Assembly: GCA_002633005.1 (NCBI GenBank)
Contig: NMRA01000162.1
Coordinates: forward strand, 1-35,909
Reading direction: 5' to 3'
Length of the DNA: 35,909 nucleotides
Source of the DNA: Phoronis australis
Lineage: Eukaryota; Animalia; Phoronida
Positions 35,764 to 35,909 of this stretch are shown here, in pieces. Position 1 is the stretch's first letter, and each line of letters opens with the position of its first letter. Made by a program: the position numbers and the translations under genes. The notes below the pieces were generated by a model. That model was not told where the DNA came from, did no database searches, and was given only the letters and a program-made list of their open reading frames with translations.

Positions 35764-35909
35764 AAAGAGCAGCTCTATAGCTGATTTCTTTAGATAACTA
35801 GCTTCTTTACTCTAAGATATGTTTTGATTTGATTAGGGAAATACTGTGGTGCCCCAACCCTGATATTCAGGCGAATTGACGTGCAACGTTTTTACCTCAT
35901 CTGTCATGC

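Overview
AT-rich, intron-rich animal genomic DNA (the repeat content suggests an invertebrate; the species cannot be determined), with two assembly gaps at 11269-11746 and 27603-28595. It holds two convergent spliced genes. On +, an ITFG2 (KICSTOR subunit, FG-GAP repeat) orthologue has 11 visible coding exons from 2523 to 15797, with one internal exon missing, probably in gap 1. On -, a kinesin-14 (KIFC1/Ncd type, C-terminal motor) has 13 visible coding exons from 31825 to 19458; its first exon is unresolved and the stalk exon(s) probably lie in gap 2. Introns and flanks carry MITEs, a 3' LINE fragment and tRNA-derived elements. The least explained features lie near the two gene 5' ends: (i) a shared ~52-bp hairpin+CTAG module whose stem shows compensatory base changes, tandemly repeated upstream of the kinesin and also present in ITFG2 intron 1; (ii) a 98-bp, ~95% identical inverted repeat upstream of the kinesin exons; (iii) a decayed THAP-like ORF head-to-head with ITFG2; (iv) a tRNA-like unit enclosed by perfect inverted repeats. 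None is proven to be a new system; transposon origin is the default explanation. Homology calls come from remembered family motifs, not database searches.
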